Assembly: GCA_964486625.1 (NCBI GenBank)
Contig: CAZANW010000016.1
Span: forward strand, 8,398-32,397
Reading direction: 5' to 3'
Source: an uncultured Halobacteria archaeon
GTDB lineage: Archaea; Halobacteriota; Syntropharchaeia; JACQPP01
Length of the DNA: 24,000 nucleotides
Shown piece by piece: positions 7,624 to 15,219 of this stretch (positions within the stretch are counted from its first letter, which is position 1; each line of letters starts with the position of its first letter). The position numbers were made by a program, and so were the translations under genes. Below the pieces are notes generated by a model. It was given only the letters and a program-made list of their open reading frames with translations. It made no database searches and was not told the DNA's origin.

Positions 7624-7830
7624 TCAGACGGCGACGGCCCTGCGGGCCTGCTGCTTGTGGAGAATGGTGACGTAGCCCGCGACCCGGTTCCGGACGTTCT
7701 TGCTGGTGACCGTGGTGAGGAGGGAGACCTGCTTCTTGTTCGCCTCCAAGTCGTCCGTGAAGCGGTCGGGGAACTCCTTCAGGAGGGCCCGGGCGATGGA
7801 CTTGATGGCGACGGGTTTCACGGAGCCCAT
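7624..7830 (-). CDS. rps17e: 30S ribosomal protein S17e
   Basis: The last 68 codons of the 580-aa track ORF read MGSVKPVAIKSIARALLKEFPDRFTDDLEANKKQV...VRNRVAGYVT, the S17e pattern. The rest of that ORF is Arg/Gly/Pro junk antisense to the aldolase/SDR gene. Confidence 0.9.
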   Translation of the reverse strand: MGSVKPVAIKSIARALLKEFPDRFTDDLEANKKQVSLLTTVTSKNVRNRVAGYVTILHKQQARRAVAV

Positions 7831-7856
7831 GGGGGGAGTGGGGAACGGTGTCCCCC

Positions 7857-7862
7857 TATTAA
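7857..7862 (-). promoter_or_regulatory. TATA box (TTAATA on the minus strand) for rps17e
   Basis: aaggTTAATAgggg is centred about 29 nt upstream of the ATG at 7830. Confidence 0.5.
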
Positions 7863-7871
7863 CCTTCCCAA

Positions 7872-9872
7872 CTATCTGAGAAAGGCCTCTTTCACCCCGC
7901 CGTCCACCGAGATGGCGCACCCGGTGGTCTTCGCGCTCCGGTCCGATGCGAGCCAGAAGACCGCCTCGGCCACGTCCCCGGGGGTCACCTCGACCCCGAG
8001 GAGGCTTCGCCGGCGGTAGAACTCCCCCAGCCGCCCCGCGGGGACTCCGTGGGCGCGGGCCCGCTCCTCCCGGACCCCCCGGCTCCAGAGGCGCGAGCCC
8101 CGGAACACCGCGTCGGGGTGGACCAGGTTCACCCGGATGCCCAGCGGGGCCGCCTCGATGGCGAGGACCCGGGCCAGTTGCGCTTCGGCCGCCTTGGAGG
8201 CGCTGTAGGCGCCGAACTCCCTCCCCGGGGCCGGGACGTTCTTGGAGGCGACGAAGACTATCGAGCCGCCGAGGCCCTGGCGCTTCATGATGGAGAGCCC
8301 CTCCCGGGCCGCGAGGAAGGCGCCGGTGGCGTTGACGGCGAAGGACCTCTCCCACGAATCGAGGGTCGCGGACTCGACGGGTGAGGGGAGGGCGACGCCC
8401 GCGTTGGGGACCAGGATGTCGAGTCCGCCGAAGGCTTCCACGCAGGCCTCGAAGCCGCGCCGGACCGACTCCTCCGAGGCCACGTCCATCTCCACAGCGA
8501 CGGCCCGGTCGGGGGTCCGGGCGCAGATTTCGGCAGCGGCGGCCTTTGCCCCCTGTCGGTCCACATCCGCCACCGCCACATGGGCCCCCTCGGCGGCCAG
8601 CCGCCCGGCCACGGCCCGGCCGATGCCGCTGGCGCCTCCGGTCACCAGGGCGATGCGGCCCCCCAGTTCGCCCGCGGGCTCCGCCAGGCGCAGTTTGCGG
8701 AGTTCGAGGGGCCAGTAGTCCACGTCGAACAGGTCGGCCTCGCCCAGCGGGACGTAGCCCCCGAGGACGGAGGCCCCCTCCATGACCGAGATGGCGTGGC
8801 GGAAAATCTCCGCGGCGAGTCTCGCGGCGGCGCGGTCCCTCCCGCGGGCCACCAGCCCCGCGCCGGGAACAAGGACGAGCTGCGGCGCGGAATCGTGCAT
8901 CCCCACATCCCGGGCCTCGGCGCTGCGCCTGGAGTGGCGTCGGTAATATGCCGCGTAGTCGCGCTCGTAGGCCAACACCGCATCGCGGAACCCCTCCGGA
9001 GCGGATGCGACCCAGAGCGGGCGGGGCTTCGTGCGCATCACATGGTCGGGGGTCACGGGGCCCCGCAGGGCCATCCCCCGCGCATCGGGGCGCGAGAGGA
9101 ACGCCAGGACATCGGGCGAGGAGTCGAGGTGAAGGACGCCGCGCGCGCGGGAGCCCTCTTGCGACGCGGTCGCAAGGAGGGCGCCGCGCAGTTCGGGCCC
9201 GATGGAGGAGAGCCTCCTCCGCGGCTGCGCGGGGGGCGGCGGAGCTTTCCGCTGCCGCTTCCGCACGTAGGCGAGCGCCCGGTCCACCGCGCGACGGGTC
9301 TCGGCGAGGGCATCGCGCCCCGTCTCCCCCCGCGTGACCAGCCCGTGCCTCTCCAGGACGACCCACCGCGCCCGGCGGGCCGCGGACGCGGCCTCTTTCG
9401 ACAGCAGGAAGCCCGGCCTCCGGTAGGGCACGAGGGCGGCGTCTTCCCCCAGGGCGGCGGCCACGTGCTTCCGGGGCTCCGGGGTGTTGGTGAGCATCAG
9501 GACGGCGTCGGCGTGGGTGTGGAGCACGAACCGCCCCGGGAGGAAGGCGTGGAGGAGGGTCTCGATGGAGGGGCGCGGCCCGGGCTCCACGCGGAGCCGC
9601 TCCAGGACCTCCGCAATCTCCTCGTCCTCCATCGCGCCGCGGGACCGGAGGGCCTGCGCCTCCTTCAGCCGGATTCCCGCGAACTCTTCGGCCCGGATGG
9701 TCCGGAGGTCGGAGCCGCTGCCCTTGACCCGGAGCACCTCCACTAACCGGCCCAGCGGGTCCCTCTCGGCCACCTTGGCGGAGGTGTTGCCCCCGCCCCG
9801 GGTCACGAGGGAGGTGTCGCGGCCGATTCGGCGGCTGACGGAGACCAGTTCATCCAGCCCGCCCCTCGTCAT
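7872..9872 (-). CDS. bifunctional class II aldolase (adducin-head domain) / short-chain dehydrogenase, RhaEW/YuxG-like (rhamnulose-1-phosphate aldolase / lactaldehyde dehydrogenase family)
   Basis: The N-terminal half has GGGNTSAKV and HTHADAV motifs of the class II aldolase domain. The C-terminal half is an SDR, with LVTGGASGIGRA, NAG and YSASKAA motifs. Length is 666 aa, typical of the fusion family. Confidence 0.85.
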   Translation of the reverse strand: MTRGGLDELVSVSRRIGRDTSLVTRGGGNTSAKVAERDPLGRLVEVLRVKGSGSDLRTIRAEEFAGIRLKEAQALRSRGAMEDEEIAEVLERLRVEPGPRPSIETLLHAFLPGRFVLHTHADAVLMLTNTPEPRKHVAAALGEDAALVPYRRPGFLLSKEAASAARRARWVVLERHGLVTRGETGRDALAETRRAVDRALAYVRKRQRKAPPPPAQPRRRLSSIGPELRGALLATASQEGSRARGVLHLDSSPDVLAFLSRPDARGMALRGPVTPDHVMRTKPRPLWVASAPEGFRDAVLAYERDYAAYYRRHSRRSAEARDVGMHDSAPQLVLVPGAGLVARGRDRAAARLAAEIFRHAISVMEGASVLGGYVPLGEADLFDVDYWPLELRKLRLAEPAGELGGRIALVTGGASGIGRAVAGRLAAEGAHVAVADVDRQGAKAAAAEICARTPDRAVAVEMDVASEESVRRGFEACVEAFGGLDILVPNAGVALPSPVESATLDSWERSFAVNATGAFLAAREGLSIMKRQGLGGSIVFVASKNVPAPGREFGAYSASKAAEAQLARVLAIEAAPLGIRVNLVHPDAVFRGSRLWSRGVREERARAHGVPAGRLGEFYRRRSLLGVEVTPGDVAEAVFWLASDRSAKTTGCAISVDGGVKEAFLR

Positions 9873-9882
9873 GTTCCGGGGA

Positions 9883-10014
9883 TTACACCGTTTCGCCCTG
9901 CAACTTCCGGTACAATTTCTCCAGGCACTCCACGCAGAGGTAGCCCCCGGTCACCTCCTGGGTGGGGCCGAACTTGAACTGCCGCTTGCAGTCCGTGCAG
10001 ACCAGGACGGTCAT
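9883..10014 (-). CDS. small zinc-ribbon protein (CxxC...CxxC), 43 aa
   Basis: MTVLVCTDCKRQFKFGPTQEVTGGYLCVECLEKLYRKLQGETV has two CxxC pairs. The ATG is 24-27 nt from a TTTTTTAC box and the stop is 10 nt before the aldolase/SDR start. The rest of the 394-aa track ORF is antisense junk. Confidence 0.45.
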   Translation of the reverse strand: MTVLVCTDCKRQFKFGPTQEVTGGYLCVECLEKLYRKLQGETV

Positions 10015-10033
10015 CGTTGGACTCTCCGTCCCC

Positions 10034-10041
10034 GGTAAAAA
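10034..10041 (-). promoter_or_regulatory. TATA-like box (TTTTTTAC on the minus strand) for the zinc-ribbon/aldolase-SDR unit
   Basis: AT-rich octamer about 24-27 nt upstream of the ATG at 10014. Confidence 0.45.
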
Positions 10042-10055
10042 AGAATGCGCCAGTG

Positions 10056-10062
10056 TTATATA
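10056..10062 (+). promoter_or_regulatory. TATA box (ttatata) for the small Cys-rich protein gene
   Basis: Centred 27 nt upstream of the ATG at 10086. Confidence 0.5.
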
Positions 10063-10085
10063 CGCCCGGCTCTTCCCGTTCCTCC

Positions 10086-10298
10086 ATGCCCATCGCCGGG
10101 TATGCGGATTACAAACCTCGGGAATACTGCAACGACGTGAAGTGCCCCGTCCAGATGGATTTGAACCAGCACGAGAAAGGCTCCCCGGAATACGAGAAGA
10201 TAAGGCAAATTTGCAGAACCGCCTGCCGGCACACCACCTGGGAGTTCCACCAGTGGTTGATTCAGAAGGGGTATCTGGTCGTCCGGCCCGAGAAATAG
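10086..10298 (+). CDS. small conserved-looking Cys-rich protein (70 aa, 4 Cys, Trp/His-rich C-terminus)
   Basis: MPIAGYADYKPREYCNDVKCPVQ...ICRTACRHTTWEFHQWL has a diverse, non-junk composition. Start chosen at the Met 27 nt downstream of a TATA box rather than the track start at 10017. Local GC is clearly lower than the window average. Confidence 0.5.
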   Translation: MPIAGYADYKPREYCNDVKCPVQMDLNQHEKGSPEYEKIRQICRTACRHTTWEFHQWLIQKGYLVVRPEK

Positions 10299-10306
10299 GA
10301 AGAAGG

Positions 10307-10313
10307 TTTAAAT
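10307..10313 (+). promoter_or_regulatory. TATA box (tttaaat) for the LsrF/DhnA-like aldolase gene
   Basis: Centred 26 nt upstream of the ATG at 10336. Confidence 0.5.
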
Positions 10314-10335
10314 CGACCCGGAAAGTCTCGCGGGG

Positions 10336-11133
10336 ATGGACTGGGGAATGAAGAACCGCTTGGCGCAGGTCATCAAGCCGGACGGCCGCTGCCTGTTCCT
10401 GGCGATTGACCATGGCTACTTCCAGGGCCCGACCACGAAACTGGAGAAGCCGGGCGAGACCGTCAAGCCCCTGCTCCCCCACTGCGACGCCCTCTTCGTG
10501 ACGAGGGGGGTGCTGCGCTCCTCCATCCCCCCCGGGGGGAGTGTGCCCTTCATCCTCCGGGTGTCGGGCGGCACCAGCATGGTCGGGGAGGACCTGGCCG
10601 ACGAGGGAATCACCACCTCCATGCGGGAGGCGGTCCGCCTGAACGCGGCCGCGGTGGGCCTCTCCATCTTCGTGGGCACCCGGTACGAGAAGCAGACCCT
10701 TCTGAACCTCTCGAATCTCGTGGACGAAGGCGAGGAGTGCGGGATGCCGGTGATGGCGGTCACCGCCGTGGGCAAGGAACTGGAGAAGCGGGACGCCCGC
10801 TACCTCGCCCTCGCCTGCAGGATTGCCGCCGAGCTCGGCGCGCGCGTGGTCAAGACCTACTGGTGCGAAAACTTCGAGAAGGTGGTCAACGGCTGCCCGG
10901 TCCCGGTGGTGATGGCCGGCGGGCCCAAGACGGACTCCGAGAAGGAGGTGTTCGAGTTCGTCCACGACGGCATCCGGAAGGGCGCCATCGGCGTGAACCT
11001 GGGGCGGAACATCTGGCAGAACCCCCACCCGGTGGCGATGATTCGGGCCCTGCGCGCCATCATCCACGAGGACGCGACCACGGCCGAGGCGTCCGCGCTG
11101 TTCGAGAGCGTCAAGAGCGGCAAAAAAGAGTGA
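10336..11133 (+). CDS. class I aldolase of the DhnA/LsrF (DeoC/LacD) family
   Basis: Strong resemblance to my recollection of E. coli LsrF across the length: DWGM..RL, LAIDHGYFQGPTT.LE, RG.LRS..PP, AVRLN..AV, GMPVMAVT.VGK, RIAAELGA..VKTY, GCPVPVVMAGG.K, GRNIWQ..HPVAM. Confidence 0.85.
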   Translation: MDWGMKNRLAQVIKPDGRCLFLAIDHGYFQGPTTKLEKPGETVKPLLPHCDALFVTRGVLRSSIPPGGSVPFILRVSGGTSMVGEDLADEGITTSMREAVRLNAAAVGLSIFVGTRYEKQTLLNLSNLVDEGEECGMPVMAVTAVGKELEKRDARYLALACRIAAELGARVVKTYWCENFEKVVNGCPVPVVMAGGPKTDSEKEVFEFVHDGIRKGAIGVNLGRNIWQNPHPVAMIRALRAIIHEDATTAEASALFESVKSGKKE

Positions 11134-12054
11134 TTACGTGAATACCTCGCAGCCGTCCTCCGTCACGATGACCGAGTGCTCGAACTGCGCGACCGGCGCC
11201 CCCGACACTTCCACCAGGACCGGATATTCGTAGAGGACCCCCGCGCCCTTCAGTTGCCGGAGCCCGAGTTCCACCTGCGGCGACTTCAGCCACCGCTTGG
11301 CCACGGGGAGCCCGCGGAACCTCCGCAGTTCCGCCTGGACCGCCCTCCCCTGGGGGAGCCGGACGGGCTTCTCCCCCGTGAGCATCACAATCTCCACCGC
11401 GGGGCCGTCTTTGACCCGTCCCGCGCCGGTGGTGGCGAAGGGCTCGATGGCGACGGTCTGCCCCGCCCGCAGCCGGGGGCCGCCCGGCGTCACCCGGTTG
11501 GGGATGGAGGGGGGCGCGTGCTGGGTGTAGCGCTCGAGGCCGTGGCCCGTGAGGTTCCCCACCGGCTTCACGCCGTCGAATTCGGAGATGGCCGCCTCGA
11601 TGGCCGCGCCAATCTCGGCGGTCGAGACCCCCGCGCGCATGGCGGCGATGGCGGCCTCCAGCCCCTTCCGGGCCGCCTCGACGATGGGGCCGTGCCTCCC
11701 CGACAGGTCCACAGTCACCGCCGTGTCGGCGATGAAGCCGTCCACCTGGGCGCCGACGTCGAGTTTCACCAGGTCCTCGCCGAAGACCAGCGGGTCCCCC
11801 GCCTTCGGGGTGTAGTGGGCCGCCTCGTGGTTCCGGGAGATGTTGCAGGGGAACGCGGGCTCGGCCCCCGCCTCCCGGATGCGGCCCTCGACGAACTCCG
11901 CAATCTCGACGAGCCGGACCCCCGGTTTGATTTTCGCGGCCGCCTCGTCCCGGATTTGGCGGAGAATCTTGCCCGCCCTGCGGTGCTTCTCCAGGCGCTC
12001 CTCCGGCGGGACCTCCTCCGGGGGACGCCGGAGCACTTCGAACTTAGTGACCAT
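11134..12054 (-). CDS. map: methionine aminopeptidase, type 2 (archaeal)
   Basis: FPCNISRNHEAAHYTP and other M24A metal-ligand motifs; about 306 aa from the internal Met (MVTKFEVL). The track N-terminal extension (MQNAKFKSQNLAFFILHFSFCI) is translation of the AT-rich palindrome. Confidence 0.9.
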   Translation of the reverse strand: MVTKFEVLRRPPEEVPPEERLEKHRRAGKILRQIRDEAAAKIKPGVRLVEIAEFVEGRIREAGAEPAFPCNISRNHEAAHYTPKAGDPLVFGEDLVKLDVGAQVDGFIADTAVTVDLSGRHGPIVEAARKGLEAAIAAMRAGVSTAEIGAAIEAAISEFDGVKPVGNLTGHGLERYTQHAPPSIPNRVTPGGPRLRAGQTVAIEPFATTGAGRVKDGPAVEIVMLTGEKPVRLPQGRAVQAELRRFRGLPVAKRWLKSPQVELGLRQLKGAGVLYEYPVLVEVSGAPVAQFEHSVIVTEDGCEVFT

Positions 12055-12060
12055 GTCCGG

Positions 12061-12130
12061 AATGCAAAATGAAAAATGCAAAATGAAAAATGCAAGATTT
12101 TGACTTTTGAACTTTGCATTTTGCACTTTG
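12061..12130. repeat. AT-rich imperfect palindrome of the tgcaaaat/attttgca family (with a 14-nt tandem unit aatgcaaaatgaaa)
   Basis: Lies between the pepQ-like stop (12145) and the map start (12054). The minus strand reads ...tgcatttttcattttgcatttttcattttgcatt. The 15-mer tgcatttttcatttt (complement of 12066-12080 and 12080-12094) recurs at 20009-20023. Confidence 0.7.
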
Positions 12131-12144
12131 GCTTGCCGGCGCCA

Positions 12145-13242
12145 TCATACTTGCCACCTCTTGTCGAACCGGGTCAGGTTCGCGCACCGCCCGCCCCGCT
12201 TCACCAGGGCCATGTCCTCCAGCCGCACCCCCCCCACCCGCGGGTCGTAGAGCCCCGGCTCGACAGTCACCACCTGGCCCGCCCGGAGGCGGGAGTCGTT
12301 GTCGGCGAGCCGCGGGGGCTCGTGAATCTCGAGCCCGACGCCGTGGCCCGTCGAGTGGATGTAGAGTTTCTCGACCCCTGCCTCCTTGAACACCTCCACC
12401 GCCGCCCGGTGGGGGGAGCGGCAGGGAGCCCCGGCGCGGACCTCGGCCAAAGCGGCCTTCTGGGCCCGGAGGACCAGGTCGTGCATTTCCCGCAGCCGCG
12501 GGGATGGACGACCGGGGATGAAGGTGCGGGTCATGTCGGCGAAGTAGCGGGTGGAGAGCGAGCGCGGGAAGAAGTCGCACACTACGGGGTCTCCGGGGCG
12601 GATGGAGCCGCTCCCGGCCCAGTGGGGGTCGGCGCTCCCGCGCCCCGGGGCGACAATCAGGTGGCCGGGCTCGCAGCCCCGCCGGAGGAGCAGGGTGTCC
12701 ACGGCGGTCCGGATTTTGTCGGCGGTGGTGCGCTTCCGCAGCATCCGCCGCGCCAGTGCCATCCCCTCCTCGGTGGCGCGTTGGACGCGCTTCATGGCCG
12801 CTACCTCGGCCGGGCTCTTGAGGGTCCGGTCCTGCCGGAGAGCATCGAGGGGCTCCAGGGCGAAACCGCGGCGGCGGAGGTCGAGGGCGAGGCCGAGGGG
12901 GAAGTTGGGCGGAACCCCAACCCGCCGGAGCCCCTTGCGGCGGAGGACCTTGGCGATGAATGCCGCCGTCGCGTCTTCGGGATTCCTGCGGGCGAGCGAT
13001 GCCCAGTCGAAGTCGTCCATGCACCGGACCTCGGAGACCCGCGCCTCCTTCCGGGCGCGGCCGAACTCGAGCCGGGAGACGACGACCGAGGAGCGCCCCC
13101 GCTTCCAGAGGTAGAGGAACGGGTCGGGTGCGAGGAACCCCGTGGCGTAGTGCATGCCGGCGTCGGCCTCGCTGGCGGAGTAGATGAGATAGCCGCCGAG
13201 GCGGCGGGAGCGGAGCTCGCGGGCGAGGGCGGGAAACATCAC
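12145..13242 (-). CDS. pepQ: Xaa-Pro dipeptidase / M24B family metallopeptidase
   Basis: HSTGHGVGLEIHEPP and VTVEPGLY motifs of M24B prolidases/aminopeptidase P, with an N-terminal creatinase-like domain. 365 aa. Confidence 0.9.
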   Translation of the reverse strand: MMFPALARELRSRRLGGYLIYSASEADAGMHYATGFLAPDPFLYLWKRGRSSVVVSRLEFGRARKEARVSEVRCMDDFDWASLARRNPEDATAAFIAKVLRRKGLRRVGVPPNFPLGLALDLRRRGFALEPLDALRQDRTLKSPAEVAAMKRVQRATEEGMALARRMLRKRTTADKIRTAVDTLLLRRGCEPGHLIVAPGRGSADPHWAGSGSIRPGDPVVCDFFPRSLSTRYFADMTRTFIPGRPSPRLREMHDLVLRAQKAALAEVRAGAPCRSPHRAAVEVFKEAGVEKLYIHSTGHGVGLEIHEPPRLADNDSRLRAGQVVTVEPGLYDPRVGGVRLEDMALVKRGGRCANLTRFDKRWQV

Positions 13243-13271
13243 CCCCCTTCCTCCGGGACGGGGTCAAAGCG

Positions 13272-13982
13272 TTATCGGAGTGCGACCAAAGCCGCCACCA
13301 GGAGGTTGCCGAGGAGCAGGGCCGCCCCGAACCCCGCCGCCAGGGGGACCATGAACGGCAATTTGGGAGTGACCCAAACCCGGGCGTCGGGCGGCAGGCG
13401 GGCGCGGAGAAGGTCCATCCGTTCCGGCGTCAGTTCCCGCCCGCCGAACCGGGGCCCGAGGGCCCCCGTCGGGTCGCCGAGGAGTTTCATCCGAACCGGG
13501 TCGAGGCGTTGGAGCGGGACGCGAGTGCCGAGCCACATGTAGCGCCCGCGCTCCCCCCGCAGGATGTTGCGCAGCAGGAGGGCCGGGGGCGCCGCGAGCC
13601 CCGCCAGCAGCGCATTGGAGAGGACGGCGAAGGTGAAGACGCTGAGGGGCGGCAGAAGGGGCACCCCTCCGAGCGGAAAGGGGGCCCAGGCCGGCCAGCG
13701 GGGGATGAGGACGGAGAGGGCGATGAGCGCCTTGGCGTCCGCGCCCCCGAACCCCCGGGAGTAGTAGGCGAGGAGCGCGAGGGGCACCATGAAGCCCGCC
13801 GAGACGAGAGCGTCCAGGAGGAAGGGCGCGCCCCCCGCCAGCCCCTCGGGGATGTCGAGGGCGAGCCCCGCCCCGATGGGAACGAGCCAGGTCCGGTTCG
13901 GGACCCGGCGGGACCGGAGGTCGGAGCCGGCGGCGTAGAGGAGGACCGCGGCGCCGAGGAAGACCCGGAGGAGGTCGAGCAT
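13272..13982 (-). CDS. A24-family aspartic peptidase (archaeal prepilin/preflagellin peptidase, FlaK/PibD-like)
   Basis: Polytopic membrane protein with both catalytic-Asp contexts, AAGSDLRSRRVPN and GFGGADAKAL. Confidence 0.8.
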   Translation of the reverse strand: MLDLLRVFLGAAVLLYAAGSDLRSRRVPNRTWLVPIGAGLALDIPEGLAGGAPFLLDALVSAGFMVPLALLAYYSRGFGGADAKALIALSVLIPRWPAWAPFPLGGVPLLPPLSVFTFAVLSNALLAGLAAPPALLLRNILRGERGRYMWLGTRVPLQRLDPVRMKLLGDPTGALGPRFGGRELTPERMDLLRARLPPDARVWVTPKLPFMVPLAAGFGAALLLGNLLVAALVALR

Positions 13983-14031
13983 CCTCCAACACCGCGAGAG
14001 GTTTCAAAGTGTTTCCCCAATCTGGAGCGGG

Positions 14032-14038
14032 TTTAATA
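14032..14038 (+). promoter_or_regulatory. TATA box (tttaata) for the moeB-dsrE unit
   Basis: Centred 29 nt upstream of the ATG at 14064. Confidence 0.5.
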
Positions 14039-14063
14039 GGCCGCATGCGGGAAAAGGGCCCCC

Positions 14064-14885
14064 ATGGCCTACCCGTTCACCGACGAGCAGATTGTCCGCT
14101 ACTCCCGCCAGATGGTCATGCCCGAGGTCGGCGGCAAGGGGCAGGAGCGGCTCCTCAAGGGAAGGGTCCTCTGCGTCGGCGCCGGGGGCCTCGGGAGCCC
14201 CGTCATCCAGTTCCTCGCGGCCGCGGGGGTCGGGACCCTCGGCATCATGGACTACGACAAGGTGGACCTCTCGAACCTCCAGCGGCAGACGATTCACGCG
14301 GGCAACGTGGGCAAGTCGAAGGCCCGGTCGGCCGCCGAGTTCGTCGCCCGGCTGAACCCCGACGTGAAGACCGCGGTCTACGAGGAGGCCCTCTCGGCGG
14401 AGAACGCGCGGAAAATCTTCCGCAACTACGATTTCATCGTGGACGGCTCCGACAACTTCGCGACCCGCTACTTGGTGAACGACGCCGCCCTCCTGGAGCG
14501 CAAGCCCTTCTCCCACGGGGCAATCCTCCGGTTCGAGGGGCAGGTGACGAGCGTGGTCCCGGGCAGGGGGCCCTGCTACCGGTGCATCTTCCCCGAGGCC
14601 CCGCCCGCCGGGACCGTGCCCACCTGCCAGGAGGCGGGGGTCCTCGGGGCCATCCCCGGCATCGTGGCCTCCATCCAGGCGGGCGAGGCGATGCGCTTCC
14701 TGCTGGGGAAGGGCGACCTCCTCGTGGGCCGGCTGCTGCTGGTGGACGCCCTCCGGATGACGTTCACCGAGTTGAAAATCCGCCGGAACCCCGCCTGCCC
14801 CGCCTGCGGCGACGCGCCGCTCCTGAGGGAGCTGAAGGCGGAGAACTACCAGAACACCTGCTCCCTGGCGGCCTCGCACGGATGA
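14064..14885 (+). CDS. moeB: E1-like adenylyltransferase of the MoeB/ThiF/UbaA family
   Basis: RYSRQ...G..GQ..L....VL.VGAGGLGSP, D.D.V..SNLQRQ, and two Cys pairs (CYRC ... CPAC) of the zinc site. 273 aa. Confidence 0.9.
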   Translation: MAYPFTDEQIVRYSRQMVMPEVGGKGQERLLKGRVLCVGAGGLGSPVIQFLAAAGVGTLGIMDYDKVDLSNLQRQTIHAGNVGKSKARSAAEFVARLNPDVKTAVYEEALSAENARKIFRNYDFIVDGSDNFATRYLVNDAALLERKPFSHGAILRFEGQVTSVVPGRGPCYRCIFPEAPPAGTVPTCQEAGVLGAIPGIVASIQAGEAMRFLLGKGDLLVGRLLLVDALRMTFTELKIRRNPACPACGDAPLLRELKAENYQNTCSLAASHG

Positions 14886-15178
14886 GGCTCGGCATCCTCC
14901 TCACCCGCTCGCCCATGGACGAAGGGGCCAGGACAGCCCGGGTGCTGGCCGCGGAGGCCGCTGCGAAGGGGCACACGGTCGAGATTTTCCTGATGGAGGA
15001 GGGGCTCTACAACCTCCTCGACCCGAAGTTCCTGGAACTGCGCGGAAAGGTCTCCATCCAGGCGTGCAGCGTGAACCGGGAGGCCCTGGGCATCCCGAAG
15101 GTCGAAGGCGTGAGATTCTCCAGCCAGTATGACCACGCCCTCTTGGTGAACGGCTGCGACCACTTCCTCCACTTCTGA
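14882..15178 (+). CDS. dsrE: DsrE/TusD-like sulfur-relay protein (short form, 98 aa)
   Basis: The ATG overlaps the moeB stop (ATGA at 14882-14885). Matches TusD landmarks: FLMEEGLYN, the active-site-like Cys context IQACSVNREALGI, and the C-terminal CDHFLHF. Confidence 0.75.
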   Translation: MRLGILLTRSPMDEGARTARVLAAEAAAKGHTVEIFLMEEGLYNLLDPKFLELRGKVSIQACSVNREALGIPKVEGVRFSSQYDHALLVNGCDHFLHF

Positions 15179-15219
15179 CCATGGCGAGAAATAATTTATC
15201 GAAACATCTCGGAAAGGTA

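Noticed and set aside
7831-9366. The upstream 512 codons of the 580-aa minus-strand ORF 7624..9366
   Set aside because: Only the last 68 codons (S17e) are protein-like. The rest is Arg/Gly/Pro junk in an alternative frame of the aldolase/SDR gene, and a TATA box sits in front of the internal ATG at 7830.
10015-11067. The upstream part of the 394-aa minus-strand ORF 9883..11067
   Set aside because: It is antisense to the strongly supported LsrF-like gene and has junk composition. Only the terminal 43-codon zinc-ribbon part has its own promoter-like box.
12076-13542. 488-aa plus-strand ORF, with other long antisense ORFs at 12044..13267, 14004..14879, 16129..17334, 17198..18031, 18868..20013, 21752..22996 and 22780..23571
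   Set aside because: Each overlaps a motif-supported gene on the other strand or in another frame, and each has the typical GC-artefact composition (R, G, P, E, D, H runs).
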